A DNA stretch of 64,000 bases, taken from an uncultured Candidatus Saccharibacteria bacterium (lineage in GTDB: Bacteria; Patescibacteriota; Minisyncoccia; Phycocordibacterales; UBA12088). Positions 9,301 through 18,244 of this stretch are shown one piece after another. Where the stretch lies: positions 1,312 to 65,311 of the forward strand of contig CAZWNC010000001.1 of assembly GCA_964635195.1 (NCBI GenBank). The letters are read 5' to 3'. Each line of letters starts with the position of its first letter. Position 1 is the stretch's first letter. The notes under the pieces were generated by a model, which saw only the letters and a list, made by a program, of their open reading frames with translations, had not been told where the DNA came from and did no database searches. The position numbers and the translations under genes were made by a program.

Positions 9301-9435
9301 ATGCCAGCAAAGAAAAAGGCGGTAAAGAAGGTTGCAGCTAAGAAGCCTGTAGCAAAAAAGGTTGCAAAGAAAGTAGTAAAGAAGGTTGCAGCCAAGAAGC
9401 CCGCAGCAAAAAAAGTTGCAGCTAAGAAGAAGTAG
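9301..9435 (+). CDS. Lysine-rich histone H1/Hc1-like DNA-binding protein (AKK/KKV repeats)
   Basis: MPAKKKAVKKVAAKKPVAKKVAKKVVKKVAAKKPAAKKVAAKKK. The track ORF starts at 9223 but the basic repeat region starts at ATG 9301. Terminator follows. Confidence 0.6.
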   Translation: MPAKKKAVKKVAAKKPVAKKVAKKVVKKVAAKKPAAKKVAAKKK

Positions 9436-9451
9436 TCTTCTCTCGTGACCA

Positions 9452-9484
9452 CAAAACAAGCCGCATGTTGCGGCTTGTTTTGTG
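9452..9484 (+). terminator. Rho-independent terminator (caagccgca-tgt-tgcggcttg + TTTT)
   Basis: Hairpin then T-run immediately after the histone-like gene stop. Confidence 0.7.
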
Positions 9485-9593
9485 CTACCCATCATGCAGT
9501 ACCGAGTGCAGAGGAAACAGGTGAGCGTCTTTGCATGCGGGTGAATATCCTGTCAACTGGCATCAATACCGATGCGTGGTACAATCGAGTGTA

Positions 9594-12131
9594 ATGTTCT
9601 CATTGAAACAGTTATTTCGAGAAAACACCAACAAACGTACATTGCGTGAGCTTGATAGTGTGGTGCGAAGCGTGAATGCGCAAGAGGAGCGGTTTGCGTT
9701 GTTGGACGATGCGCTGTTACGTGCGCAGACTCAAATTTTTATTGACCGATTGCAGAGTGGGGAAACGTTCGACAATATACTCCCCGAGGCGTTTGCGGTG
9801 GTGCGAGAGGCTGCGCGACGTGTGTTGGGGGAGCGACACTATGATGTGCAGATTATGGGTGGTGTTGTGCTGCATCGACATGCAATCGCCGAGATGCGTA
9901 CCGGTGAAGGTAAGACACTTGTTGCAACTCTGCCTGCGTATCTTAATGCGCTCGCACGAAAGGGTGTCCATGTTGTTACGGTAAACGATTATCTTTCTCG
10001 TCGCGATGCCGTGTGGATGGGACAGGTCTATGCATTCTTAGGCCTCTCGGTTGGGGTAGTAAATACGCAAGCCTCATACCTATACGATCCAACTCATAAG
10101 GAGGACTCTTCCGAAGACACGAAACGTGATGAAACGGGTTCATTCAAGGTTGCTTATGAATTCTTGCGACCGTGCACGCGCAGAGAAGCATATGAAGCGG
10201 ATATCACGTATGGTACAAACAGTGAGTTTGGATTTGATTATTTGCGCGACAATATTGAATACGAAGCGAACAATCTCCGTCAGCGCGGGCACCACTACGC
10301 GATTATTGACGAGGTAGACTCGATACTTATTGACGAAGCGCGTACGCCGCTTATCATCAGTGCACCTGCCGATGCAAGCGGTGCACTCTATGCTACGTTT
10401 GCTGAAATCGTACGATCGTTTGTTGAGGGTGAAGATTACACGAAAGATGAAAAACTCCGTGCCATTCAGCTTACTGATAGTGGTATCGAAAAAGCACAAC
10501 GCGCGTTGGGAGTAGAGAATATATACACGGATGCCGGTATCAAGTATGTTCACCATTTGGAGAGTTCTGTGCGCGCGAAGGCGCTCTTTGAGCGAGATAG
10601 ACACTATGTCGTACGCGACGATCAAATTGTAATCGTTGATGAATTCACGGGTCGATTGCAGCCGGGTAGGCGATGGAGTGAAGGTCTGCACCAGGCAGTG
10701 GAAGCGAAGGAGGGTGTCACTGTGCAGCGTGAGAGTCGCACATACGCGTCTGTTACGTATCAAAACTTCTTTCGCATGTACGAAAAGATAGCCGGTATGA
10801 CGGGAACCGCCGAGACGAGTGCGGAAGAATTTTATAGCGTATACAAACTTGACGTTGTCCAGATTCCTACCAACAAAAAGGTTGCGCGCATTGATCGGAA
10901 CGATCTCATTTTTCGCAACGAGGCAGGTAAGCTTTCCGCGGTCGTGCGTAAGGTGCGCGAGGTGCATGAAAAGGGTCAGCCGATTCTTATCGGTACGGCA
11001 TCTATTGACAAGAATGAGCAACTTTCCGAAAGTCTTGCTCGAGCAGGTGTTCCGCATGAAATGCTTAATGCAAAAAATCATGAACGAGAAGGTGAAATTA
11101 TTGCACAAGCGGGTCGTAAGGGTGCAGTAACGATAGCGACCAATATGGCAGGCAGGGGTGTTGACATTAAGCTTGGGGGAAGTCCGGCACTTCCTGGTAC
11201 TGCGGACGAAGTACGTGCGCTCGGGGGTTTGTTTGTGCTTGGAACAGAGCGTCACGAAGCGAGACGCATTGACAATCAGTTACGTGGTCGAGCGGGACGT
11301 CAAGGCGACCCGGGCGAGACGCTTTTTTGTGTTTCGCTTGATGATCACCTGATGCGAGTGTTCGGGAATCACGAGACCATCAAGAATCTCATGCAACGTG
11401 CGACTGAGGCGGATGATGTGCCGATAGAGTTTGGACTTATCTCACGACAGATTGAGAGTGCGCAAAAGCGTATCGAAGGTTTTCATTTTGATTCGCGCAA
11501 GCGAGTGCTGGCGTATGATGACGTATTGAATCACCAGCGTATGACGGTATATGCAAGACGTCGTAAGTATCTTGAAGGTAACAGAGAGGCGATGGGCGTG
11601 TTTCTTGCACAGCTATCCGCAGCACATGATACATACGAGGAATTGGTTCGAGTAAAGCGGGTCGAAATGGGTGATGACGAATTCTATTTGGCGCTCCGTC
11701 GTTTATTGATGCAGACTATCGATCTGTTCTGGCTCGAACATTTGGAGACTATGGAGTATTTGCGCAGCTCGGTAAATTTACGCGCCTATGGTCAGCGAGA
11801 TCCGCTTATCGAGTACCGTAAGGAAGGACTCCGTATGTTCCGTTCATTTGAAACGAGCATAGCTGATCGCGTTATGGAGTTTTTGCCCCAAATGGGTGCG
11901 GGGGCATTCGCAAGCGAAGAAGAGCGCATGAAGCGGGAAAGTGAGAAAGCGCAGCAAGTGTCTTCAAGTGTTACGACAGGTATTTCCGGCCCTGTGATGC
12001 GTTCTCAGACACTGGCACGGAGTCATGGCCGCAATGATCAAGTGCGGATAGAAAAAGACGGAGTAATTCGTGAGATGAAGTATAAAAAAGCCGAGCAATT
12101 TTTAACACAAGGATGGAAGGTGGTTGAATAG
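9594..12131 (+). CDS. secA: Preprotein translocase ATPase SecA
   Basis: About 846 aa with SecA DEAD motor motifs (MRTGEGKT, DEVDSILIDEARTPLIIS, TNMAGRGVDI). Canonical start MFSLKQLF at 9594 (track ORF 9531). Confidence 0.95.
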   Translation: MFSLKQLFRENTNKRTLRELDSVVRSVNAQEERFALLDDALLRAQTQIFIDRLQSGETFDNILPEAFAVVREAARRVLGERHYDVQIMGGVVLHRHAIAEMRTGEGKTLVATLPAYLNALARKGVHVVTVNDYLSRRDAVWMGQVYAFLGLSVGVVNTQASYLYDPTHKEDSSEDTKRDETGSFKVAYEFLRPCTRREAYEADITYGTNSEFGFDYLRDNIEYEANNLRQRGHHYAIIDEVDSILIDEARTPLIISAPADASGALYATFAEIVRSFVEGEDYTKDEKLRAIQLTDSGIEKAQRALGVENIYTDAGIKYVHHLESSVRAKALFERDRHYVVRDDQIVIVDEFTGRLQPGRRWSEGLHQAVEAKEGVTVQRESRTYASVTYQNFFRMYEKIAGMTGTAETSAEEFYSVYKLDVVQIPTNKKVARIDRNDLIFRNEAGKLSAVVRKVREVHEKGQPILIGTASIDKNEQLSESLARAGVPHEMLNAKNHEREGEIIAQAGRKGAVTIATNMAGRGVDIKLGGSPALPGTADEVRALGGLFVLGTERHEARRIDNQLRGRAGRQGDPGETLFCVSLDDHLMRVFGNHETIKNLMQRATEADDVPIEFGLISRQIESAQKRIEGFHFDSRKRVLAYDDVLNHQRMTVYARRRKYLEGNREAMGVFLAQLSAAHDTYEELVRVKRVEMGDDEFYLALRRLLMQTIDLFWLEHLETMEYLRSSVNLRAYGQRDPLIEYRKEGLRMFRSFETSIADRVMEFLPQMGAGAFASEEERMKRESEKAQQVSSSVTTGISGPVMRSQTLARSHGRNDQVRIEKDGVIREMKYKKAEQFLTQGWKVVE

Positions 12132-12147
12132 TAAAGAGTTACTGAAT

Positions 12148-12186
12148 CGTGCATACCAAAAAAAAACGACGTAGCGAGACCACGTC
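12148..12186. terminator. Bidirectional rho-independent terminator (A9-ACGACGT...ACGTCGT-T9) between secA and the convergent minus gene
   Basis: Hairpin flanked by A-run and T-run. Embedded in a larger palindrome ggtatg...catacc. Confidence 0.75.
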
Positions 12187-12221
12187 GTTTTTTTTTGGTA
12201 TGATTGAGTGTGTACGTTGTA

Positions 12222-12656
12222 CTACTTACCACCATTGCCATGCATGCCACCTCTTCCTGCACCCATACCACCGTGCATCATCCCTCCGCGGGCACCCTGA
12301 TTGTTGTTGGGTGAGAATGTCAAACCGAGTTCTTCGCGAAGTTCACTTGCTTTCTCGGTGTCACCATTCTCCATTGCTTCATGCATTTCGACGAACGTAT
12401 CGAAGTTGTCTTGGGTAACAACGCTCGTTATGCGTCCACGATCGCCGTGAAGCTCTTTCCATGCCGCGTAATCACCTTCTTCCATCGCTTTCTCCATTGC
12501 TTCGTGTCGTTCGGGGTCGCATGAACCACGCTGTGCACCAAATCCTGTCATGGGTTCTGCGGCGGATGCGCTCACTGCCATTGCAAACCCTGCACCGAGA
12601 AGTGCCGCAACAGTGCTGAAGGTGATAAGTTTTGTGTTAATCGCTTTTGTTTCCAT
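12222..12656 (-). CDS. Secreted protein with internal HEAMExxxD repeats and Met/His/Gly-rich C-terminus (possible metal-binding periplasmic protein)
   Basis: N-terminal signal peptide (LITFSTVAALLGAGFAMAVSASAAEP). Repeats HEAMEKAMEEGDY / HEAMENGDTEKA. C-terminus GGMMHGGMGAGRGGMHGNGG. Confidence 0.5.
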   Translation of the reverse strand: METKAINTKLITFSTVAALLGAGFAMAVSASAAEPMTGFGAQRGSCDPERHEAMEKAMEEGDYAAWKELHGDRGRITSVVTQDNFDTFVEMHEAMENGDTEKASELREELGLTFSPNNNQGARGGMMHGGMGAGRGGMHGNGGK

Positions 12657-12969
12657 ATATTTTGTTCTATTTATTGTGTAATGTAGGATTAGCCTGATCA
12701 GCCTGCTTTCTTATACGCCTCTTCGTGTCATTTTCTTTCATGCAGAAATGGGTCACATACTGTTGAGGTGTTATATTTTTAACAACATTGTGTGGGTTAT
12801 GGAGCTGTGATTGTGCGTCATGGAGTCGGACACAAGTAAGATTGTAAGTATATGGTGAAAATATTCCAGGTTATACACAGTTTTGCGAGTGTTACCTATG
12901 CGCATGGTGTATACTAAAGTGCAATGCAGGACGCGTATGCCGTAACGCGCGGCCAGCATTTTCCATACA

Positions 12970-14196
12970 ATGCGTGTACTTATGTACGGCTGGGAGTATC
13001 CCCCACACAACAGTGGTGGTCTTGGTGTTGCATGTCACGGCCTCGCTCGCGGACTGGTGGCTGAGGGTGCCGATGTACGTTTCGTGCTTCCACGCAAGTA
13101 TCCCGTAGTCGGCAGTGGAGCGCGTATGGTTTTTGCTGACGAAGCGAATCCGCTTACTTCGGTGCAGGCGGACTCTTTTGCAAATGGGTACATGACCGAG
13201 GATCGGTTGCGTTTTTTACGTGGCCGCTACCCTGAACTTCAGTACGGCCCAAGCTTGTTTGATGAGGTGTTGCGGTACGCCGCACTGTCTCCTATGGTGG
13301 CACTTGCGCATCAGCCGGACGTGATACATATGCATGACTGGCTCTGTTATCCTGCGGGTATGGCGGCAAAGCGGGCGACAGGTGCCCCGCTCGTGGCGCA
13401 CGTGCACGCTACGGAATTTGACCGTACAGGGTTCGGCAAAGTCAATCAAGCCATTTATGAGATAGAGCGTCGGGGTATGTACGAGGCTGATGTGGTGGTG
13501 ACCGTCTCTGACTACACGAAACGCATTGTTGTAGACCGGTATGGTATTGATCCGAATAAGGTTGAAGTGGTACATAACGGTATCGATGTCGACGACGTAG
13601 CCGTCGCAAGTACCATGGAGTCTGATATGCGCAGATTCAAGGGGCTGGGTTGGGGAGTGGTGCTTTTTGTTGGTCGCCTCACCTTGCAAAAGGGTCCGGA
13701 CTATTTCCTCGAAGCGGCAAAAAAGGTTCTCTCACGTCGCACGAATACGATATTCGTTGTATCCGGCTCAGGGGATATGGCACAGACAATCATTGATCGT
13801 GCCGCCTATCTTGGTATTGGGGACAGAGTCCTCTTTACCGGTTTCTTGCGTGAAAAACAGCTCGCACGACTGTACGGACTGGCAGACCTTGTTGTCATGC
13901 CCTCTGTCTCAGAACCTTTCGGGATTGTTCCACTCGAGTCACTTTTAAATGGCACGCCCGTTCTCATCTCAAAACAATCGGGCGTTTCCGAAGTGCTTCG
14001 CAATGCGCTCAAGGTCGACTTTTGGGACACTGATGATATGGCAAGTAAAATAACGGCAGTACTTGATTACCCGTCTCTACGCGAAACGCTTTCCTCCGAA
14101 GGGCGTCGTGAAGCGAGTGTACAGACTTGGAGAAAAGTGGCAGGGCGCTGTATGATGATATATAGGTCTCTTGTAAAGACCGTTCTTCGAGTATGA
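12970..14196 (+). CDS. GT-B fold glycosyltransferase (GT4/GT5-like; probable glycogen/alpha-glucan synthase)
   Basis: N-terminal ...EYPPHNSGGLGVACHGLARGL... glycogen-synthase-like motif. C-terminal E-x7-E. Adjacent to GH57 and GH15 genes. Confidence 0.6.
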   Translation: MRVLMYGWEYPPHNSGGLGVACHGLARGLVAEGADVRFVLPRKYPVVGSGARMVFADEANPLTSVQADSFANGYMTEDRLRFLRGRYPELQYGPSLFDEVLRYAALSPMVALAHQPDVIHMHDWLCYPAGMAAKRATGAPLVAHVHATEFDRTGFGKVNQAIYEIERRGMYEADVVVTVSDYTKRIVVDRYGIDPNKVEVVHNGIDVDDVAVASTMESDMRRFKGLGWGVVLFVGRLTLQKGPDYFLEAAKKVLSRRTNTIFVVSGSGDMAQTIIDRAAYLGIGDRVLFTGFLREKQLARLYGLADLVVMPSVSEPFGIVPLESLLNGTPVLISKQSGVSEVLRNALKVDFWDTDDMASKITAVLDYPSLRETLSSEGRREASVQTWRKVAGRCMMIYRSLVKTVLRV

Positions 14197-15470
14197 GTGC
14201 TGTGTGCATGTATTTTCAAGTGCATCAACCAAGACGTATCAAACGGTACGGTTTTTTCGACATCGGTGCCGATCACACGTATTTCAACGATGACACAGAG
14301 CGTGATACGAACAACGCACGTATTGTTCGTAAGGTCGCAGAAAAGTGTTATCTTCCCGCAAACGCAACACTTCTTGAGAACTTGCGCGCGCATCCGGAAT
14401 TCAAAGTTGCTTTCTCCTTTTCCGGCATAGCACTCGAGCAGTTTGAGGAGTACTCACCTGAAGTCATAGACTCTTTCAAACGTCTCATTGACACAGGGCG
14501 TGTTGAAGTGCTTTCAGAAACATACTACCACTCACTTGCATTTTTGGAATCTCCTGATGAGTTTCGAGAACAAGTCCGCATGCATGCACGAAAAGTTCGC
14601 GACCTCTTCGGTGTGCGCCCGTATGTATTTCGGAATACAGAACTCATCTATCGAAATGATATCGCCGCCATGGTCGCTGACATGGGATATTTGGGTATGT
14701 TGGCCGAGGGTGCCGATCATGTACTTGACTGGCGCAAGCCGACCTATGTGTATCACGCAAAGAATGATCCAAGTTTTAAGCTTCTACTGAAACACTATAA
14801 ACTTTCCGATGACATTGCGTTTCGTTTTTCCAATAAAGGTTGGGAAGAGTGGCCGCTGACCGCGCCAAAATTTGCACGCTGGGTGGATGCGCACAATGGC
14901 GATGGCCACGTGATCAATCTTTTTATGGATTACGAGACGTTTGGTGAGCACCAGTGGGAGGATACCGGCATTTTTGATTTCCTCCGAGCGCTTCCACGGG
15001 AAGTGTTGCGTCACCCTGACAACACCTTTGTGACTCCGACCGAAGCGCTTACGCAGTATCCATCGGTTGGTGAGATTGATGTACCACACTATGTGTCATG
15101 GGCTGATGTTGAGCGCGATCTTTCCGCATGGCGCAGTAATCCGATACAACACGATGCACTTCGAGCACTCTATGCGCTTGAGGGTGAGGTGAAGAAAAAC
15201 AACGATCCAGAACTCCTTCGTGACTGGCGTCGTCTCACCACGTCCGATCATTTTTACTACATGTGTACCAAATGGTGGGAAGATGGCGACGTGCATAAGT
15301 ACTTCAGTCCGTACGATTCGCCGTATGAAGCGTATATAGCATATATGAACGTGCTTAACGATCTCACGTTGCGAGTGCATGCCTCTCCTGAGAATCTTCG
15401 CTCAAAACGTTCATTCTGGGAAGCTCTTACACATAAATCACGTTCCGTATTACAAGCCATTAAGTCATAA
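14193..15470 (+). CDS. Glycoside hydrolase family 57 protein (alpha-amylase/4-alpha-glucanotransferase/branching-enzyme-like)
   Basis: N-terminal YFQVHQPRR motif, FMDYETFGEHQWE catalytic region. 4-nt overlap with upstream GT gene. Confidence 0.7.
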   Translation: MSAVCMYFQVHQPRRIKRYGFFDIGADHTYFNDDTERDTNNARIVRKVAEKCYLPANATLLENLRAHPEFKVAFSFSGIALEQFEEYSPEVIDSFKRLIDTGRVEVLSETYYHSLAFLESPDEFREQVRMHARKVRDLFGVRPYVFRNTELIYRNDIAAMVADMGYLGMLAEGADHVLDWRKPTYVYHAKNDPSFKLLLKHYKLSDDIAFRFSNKGWEEWPLTAPKFARWVDAHNGDGHVINLFMDYETFGEHQWEDTGIFDFLRALPREVLRHPDNTFVTPTEALTQYPSVGEIDVPHYVSWADVERDLSAWRSNPIQHDALRALYALEGEVKKNNDPELLRDWRRLTTSDHFYYMCTKWWEDGDVHKYFSPYDSPYEAYIAYMNVLNDLTLRVHASPENLRSKRSFWEALTHKSRSVLQAIKS

Positions 15471-15474
15471 GCAT

Positions 15475-15900
15475 ATGCCAACAAAGACTATCGCGACAAA
15501 AAAAACAGAAGAGCGGCCGGCTCCAAAGACCAAAAAAACAGCACCAGCACCACGCTCTGTGGCAGTAAAAGGCAAACAAGCTCCGGTTGCGAGCAAGCAG
15601 ACTATTGTCACTAAGAAAGTATCGACAAAAACCAGCGTATGCAAATGTCGCACTGTTTGCAAACCAGAGGAAGCGTTTTGGATACATCATGGCCCGGTGG
15701 TTGTGTCTATCGCAGAGCTCATGTCCGCACTCGCTGATATGAGTGACGAGCAATTTGCCTACCATACAGAGCGAAATGGTAATGACTTTTCAGCATGGCT
15801 CCGAGATTGCTTGGATGAGAAGACGCTTGCAGCTCGTATTGAGCATGCTTCGACTCGCACACATGCATTACAGGCACTCAAGGCGCCTTGCTGTAAATAG
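15475..15900 (+). CDS. Hypothetical protein with Lys/Pro/Ala-rich basic N-terminal region and conserved C-terminal domain
   Basis: MPTKTIATKKTEERPAPKTKKTAPAP... then EEAFWIHHGPVVVSIAELMSALADMSDEQFAYH.... Sits inside the glucan cluster. Confidence 0.45.
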   Translation: MPTKTIATKKTEERPAPKTKKTAPAPRSVAVKGKQAPVASKQTIVTKKVSTKTSVCKCRTVCKPEEAFWIHHGPVVVSIAELMSALADMSDEQFAYHTERNGNDFSAWLRDCLDEKTLAARIEHASTRTHALQALKAPCCK

Positions 15901-15928
15901 CATACCGATAGTATATGTATTTTTGAAC

Positions 15929-17890
15929 ATGGCTCGCTCGCTCGTACTTGGTAACGGGAATGTGCTCATTGTGTATGATGAGTGGGGTCAAGTGCGTGAC
16001 TTCTATTTTCCACAAGTCGGTCTTGAAAATCATGTGGGCGAGCGTCTGATGCATCGAATTGGTGTTTTTGTGGATGGAGCGATGCATTGGCTCTCAGGTG
16101 GCGGCTTTGAGGTAGAGGTCACCTACTGGAGCGACACGCTCGTAGGTAAAGTGCATGCGGTGCATCGTGAGGCAGGTATTGCACTTACTTTTTCCGATAT
16201 TGTGTACAATGAGCACGATATTTACGTGCGCTCTCTCGTTGTTGAAAATCTTTTCCCGCGCGATAGAACAGTCAAATTGTTTTTCAATCAGCAATTTCAT
16301 ATCAGTGAGGCGGAGCGAGGTGATACAGCGTACTATTCACCCGAACTCCAGGCGCTTGTGCACTACAAGGGGCGCAGGGTCATTTTGGTATCAGCACATA
16401 GTGACGGGGATTTTTTTGATGACTATGGTGTCGGCTTGCTTGGTATTGAGGGGAAGGAGGGTACCTGGCGTGATGCGGAAGACGGTGTCCTTTCGAAGAG
16501 TGGTATAGAACACGGAAGCGTTGATTCGGTACTTGGCCTTACCTTGCAGATGCGAAGCAATGCAGCTCGGTCGGTTTCGTATTGGATTGCGGTCGGTCAA
16601 TCGTATCGCGTTGTGGAGCGACACCATCGTGATATTCTGACTCGCGGTCCGGCGCATTTACTACGGACTACGTCTGATTACTGGAAGGCGTGGGTCGATC
16701 GTCCCGGAAAAATCCCCGAAGGTATTGATGTTGAGCTTGCGGCACTGTGTCGTCGATCATTACTTGTCATGCGGACACATGCAGACAATGGCGGGGCGGT
16801 GATTGCGTCGGGAGACTCAAGTATACTGCAGAGTGGGCGGGACACGTATAGTTACTGTTGGCCGCGAGATTCTGCCTACGTCGTGCTCGCATTCCTCGAA
16901 ATGGGTCACATCAACATTTCGCATTCGTTCCACAAGTTTGTCCAAGAGATACTTACCGATGATGGGTATTTGTTACATAAATATCGTACAGACCGTTCGC
17001 TTGGAAGCTCGTGGCATCCCTGGGTGCGCGAGGGTCGTGCTCAGCCCCCAATCCAAGAAGATGAGACTGCAATTACACTAATCACTCTTGGTAGACACTA
17101 CGAGCTCACGCATGACGTTGAGTTCATCGAAGAAATGTACAATCCGTACATTCGACGCGTGGCGGATTTTCTCGCTCGTTACCGTGATAAGAAGACAAAA
17201 CTACCCCTTCCAAGCCACGATCTGTGGGAGGAGCATGTAGGCACCTTTACCTATACATCATGCGTTGTGTACTCTGCACTTTCCACGGCCGCTTCGTTTG
17301 CGAAGCTACTTGGGAAGGAGGTCTCGCGCAAGCGGTGGGCAAGTGCAGCGGAAGAAATGCGTGAGGGTATATTGCGTGTACTTATCTCGGAAAATGGTCG
17401 TGCTGCAAAGCGGGTCGCATGTACGCACGGAGAATCGACCCTCGATGAGACGATTGATGTTTCAAGCTTCTATGGCCTCTTTCGCTTCGGTGTCCTCTCT
17501 TATGACGATCCGATACTTGAGAGGATATATGAACGGACGTGTGCGGCACTGACGACCGACGCGGAGGGTATTGGAGTTGCGCGGTATGACGGAGACCGAT
17601 ATTTTGCACATCATGATGCTGCGAGCAATCCGTGGGTGGTGACCACTTGTTGGATTGCGGAGTACGAAATAGCGCGGGCGAAGAGTGCGCAAGATCTTGA
17701 AATGCCGCGACGACGCCTTGAGTGGATAAAACAGCGGGCAAATATGGCAGGATTGTTTGCGGAACAGTATCACCCACGTACCCATGCACCAACATCGGTC
17801 ACGCCATTGATTTGGAGTCATGCACAGTACATTTTGACATTCCTTGCATATTCAAAAAAATATGCTGAATTCCGAAAGAAACAGGCGTGA
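15929..17890 (+). CDS. GH15-family glucoamylase/glucodextranase-like protein
   Basis: MARSLVLGNGNVLIVYDEWGQVRDFYFPQVG N-domain. (alpha/alpha)6 catalytic region with SGRDTYSYCWPRDSAYV. Track ORF 15743 has an N-terminal extension. Confidence 0.7.
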   Translation: MARSLVLGNGNVLIVYDEWGQVRDFYFPQVGLENHVGERLMHRIGVFVDGAMHWLSGGGFEVEVTYWSDTLVGKVHAVHREAGIALTFSDIVYNEHDIYVRSLVVENLFPRDRTVKLFFNQQFHISEAERGDTAYYSPELQALVHYKGRRVILVSAHSDGDFFDDYGVGLLGIEGKEGTWRDAEDGVLSKSGIEHGSVDSVLGLTLQMRSNAARSVSYWIAVGQSYRVVERHHRDILTRGPAHLLRTTSDYWKAWVDRPGKIPEGIDVELAALCRRSLLVMRTHADNGGAVIASGDSSILQSGRDTYSYCWPRDSAYVVLAFLEMGHINISHSFHKFVQEILTDDGYLLHKYRTDRSLGSSWHPWVREGRAQPPIQEDETAITLITLGRHYELTHDVEFIEEMYNPYIRRVADFLARYRDKKTKLPLPSHDLWEEHVGTFTYTSCVVYSALSTAASFAKLLGKEVSRKRWASAAEEMREGILRVLISENGRAAKRVACTHGESTLDETIDVSSFYGLFRFGVLSYDDPILERIYERTCAALTTDAEGIGVARYDGDRYFAHHDAASNPWVVTTCWIAEYEIARAKSAQDLEMPRRRLEWIKQRANMAGLFAEQYHPRTHAPTSVTPLIWSHAQYILTFLAYSKKYAEFRKKQA

Positions 17891-18244
17891 GAACGTCACG
17901 CGTATCAAGATGTACACTGTTGTCACAAAAATATCCCCACGACTTCCGTGTCGTGGGGATGCGTGAGTCTATGCATACCGTAGCGCCCACAGTTTGTTGA
18001 TGAGCGATCGCCAACATCTCCTGCAAAGGTCGTGGTGATAGTCGGGAGGTGGCCTGATTTTGCCGCGCACGAGTATTCCCGAGATGTGTCGTCCACACTC
18101 GCAACGATTTCGTTCCTGCATGATATACCTCCGTTTCGATGCTTGCTTCTGGGAAGATACTACAACATATACAATTGCATGTAAATAGGTGGTTGGTAGT
18201 CAGGTGGAAGCGTCCGCCGTATTTCACATCCTGTCTACTTCCAT

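Noticed and set aside
10140-11255. 371-aa minus-strand ORF antisense to secA
   Set aside because: It lies entirely within the well-supported secA frame and is low-complexity (Arg/Phe/Thr-rich) with no motifs. This is a typical antisense artefact.
17905-17975. Hairpin ccccacgac/gtcgtgggg after the GH15 gene as a plus-strand terminator
   Set aside because: The U-run is on the minus strand only (A-run precedes it on plus). Kept as uncertain rather than annotated.
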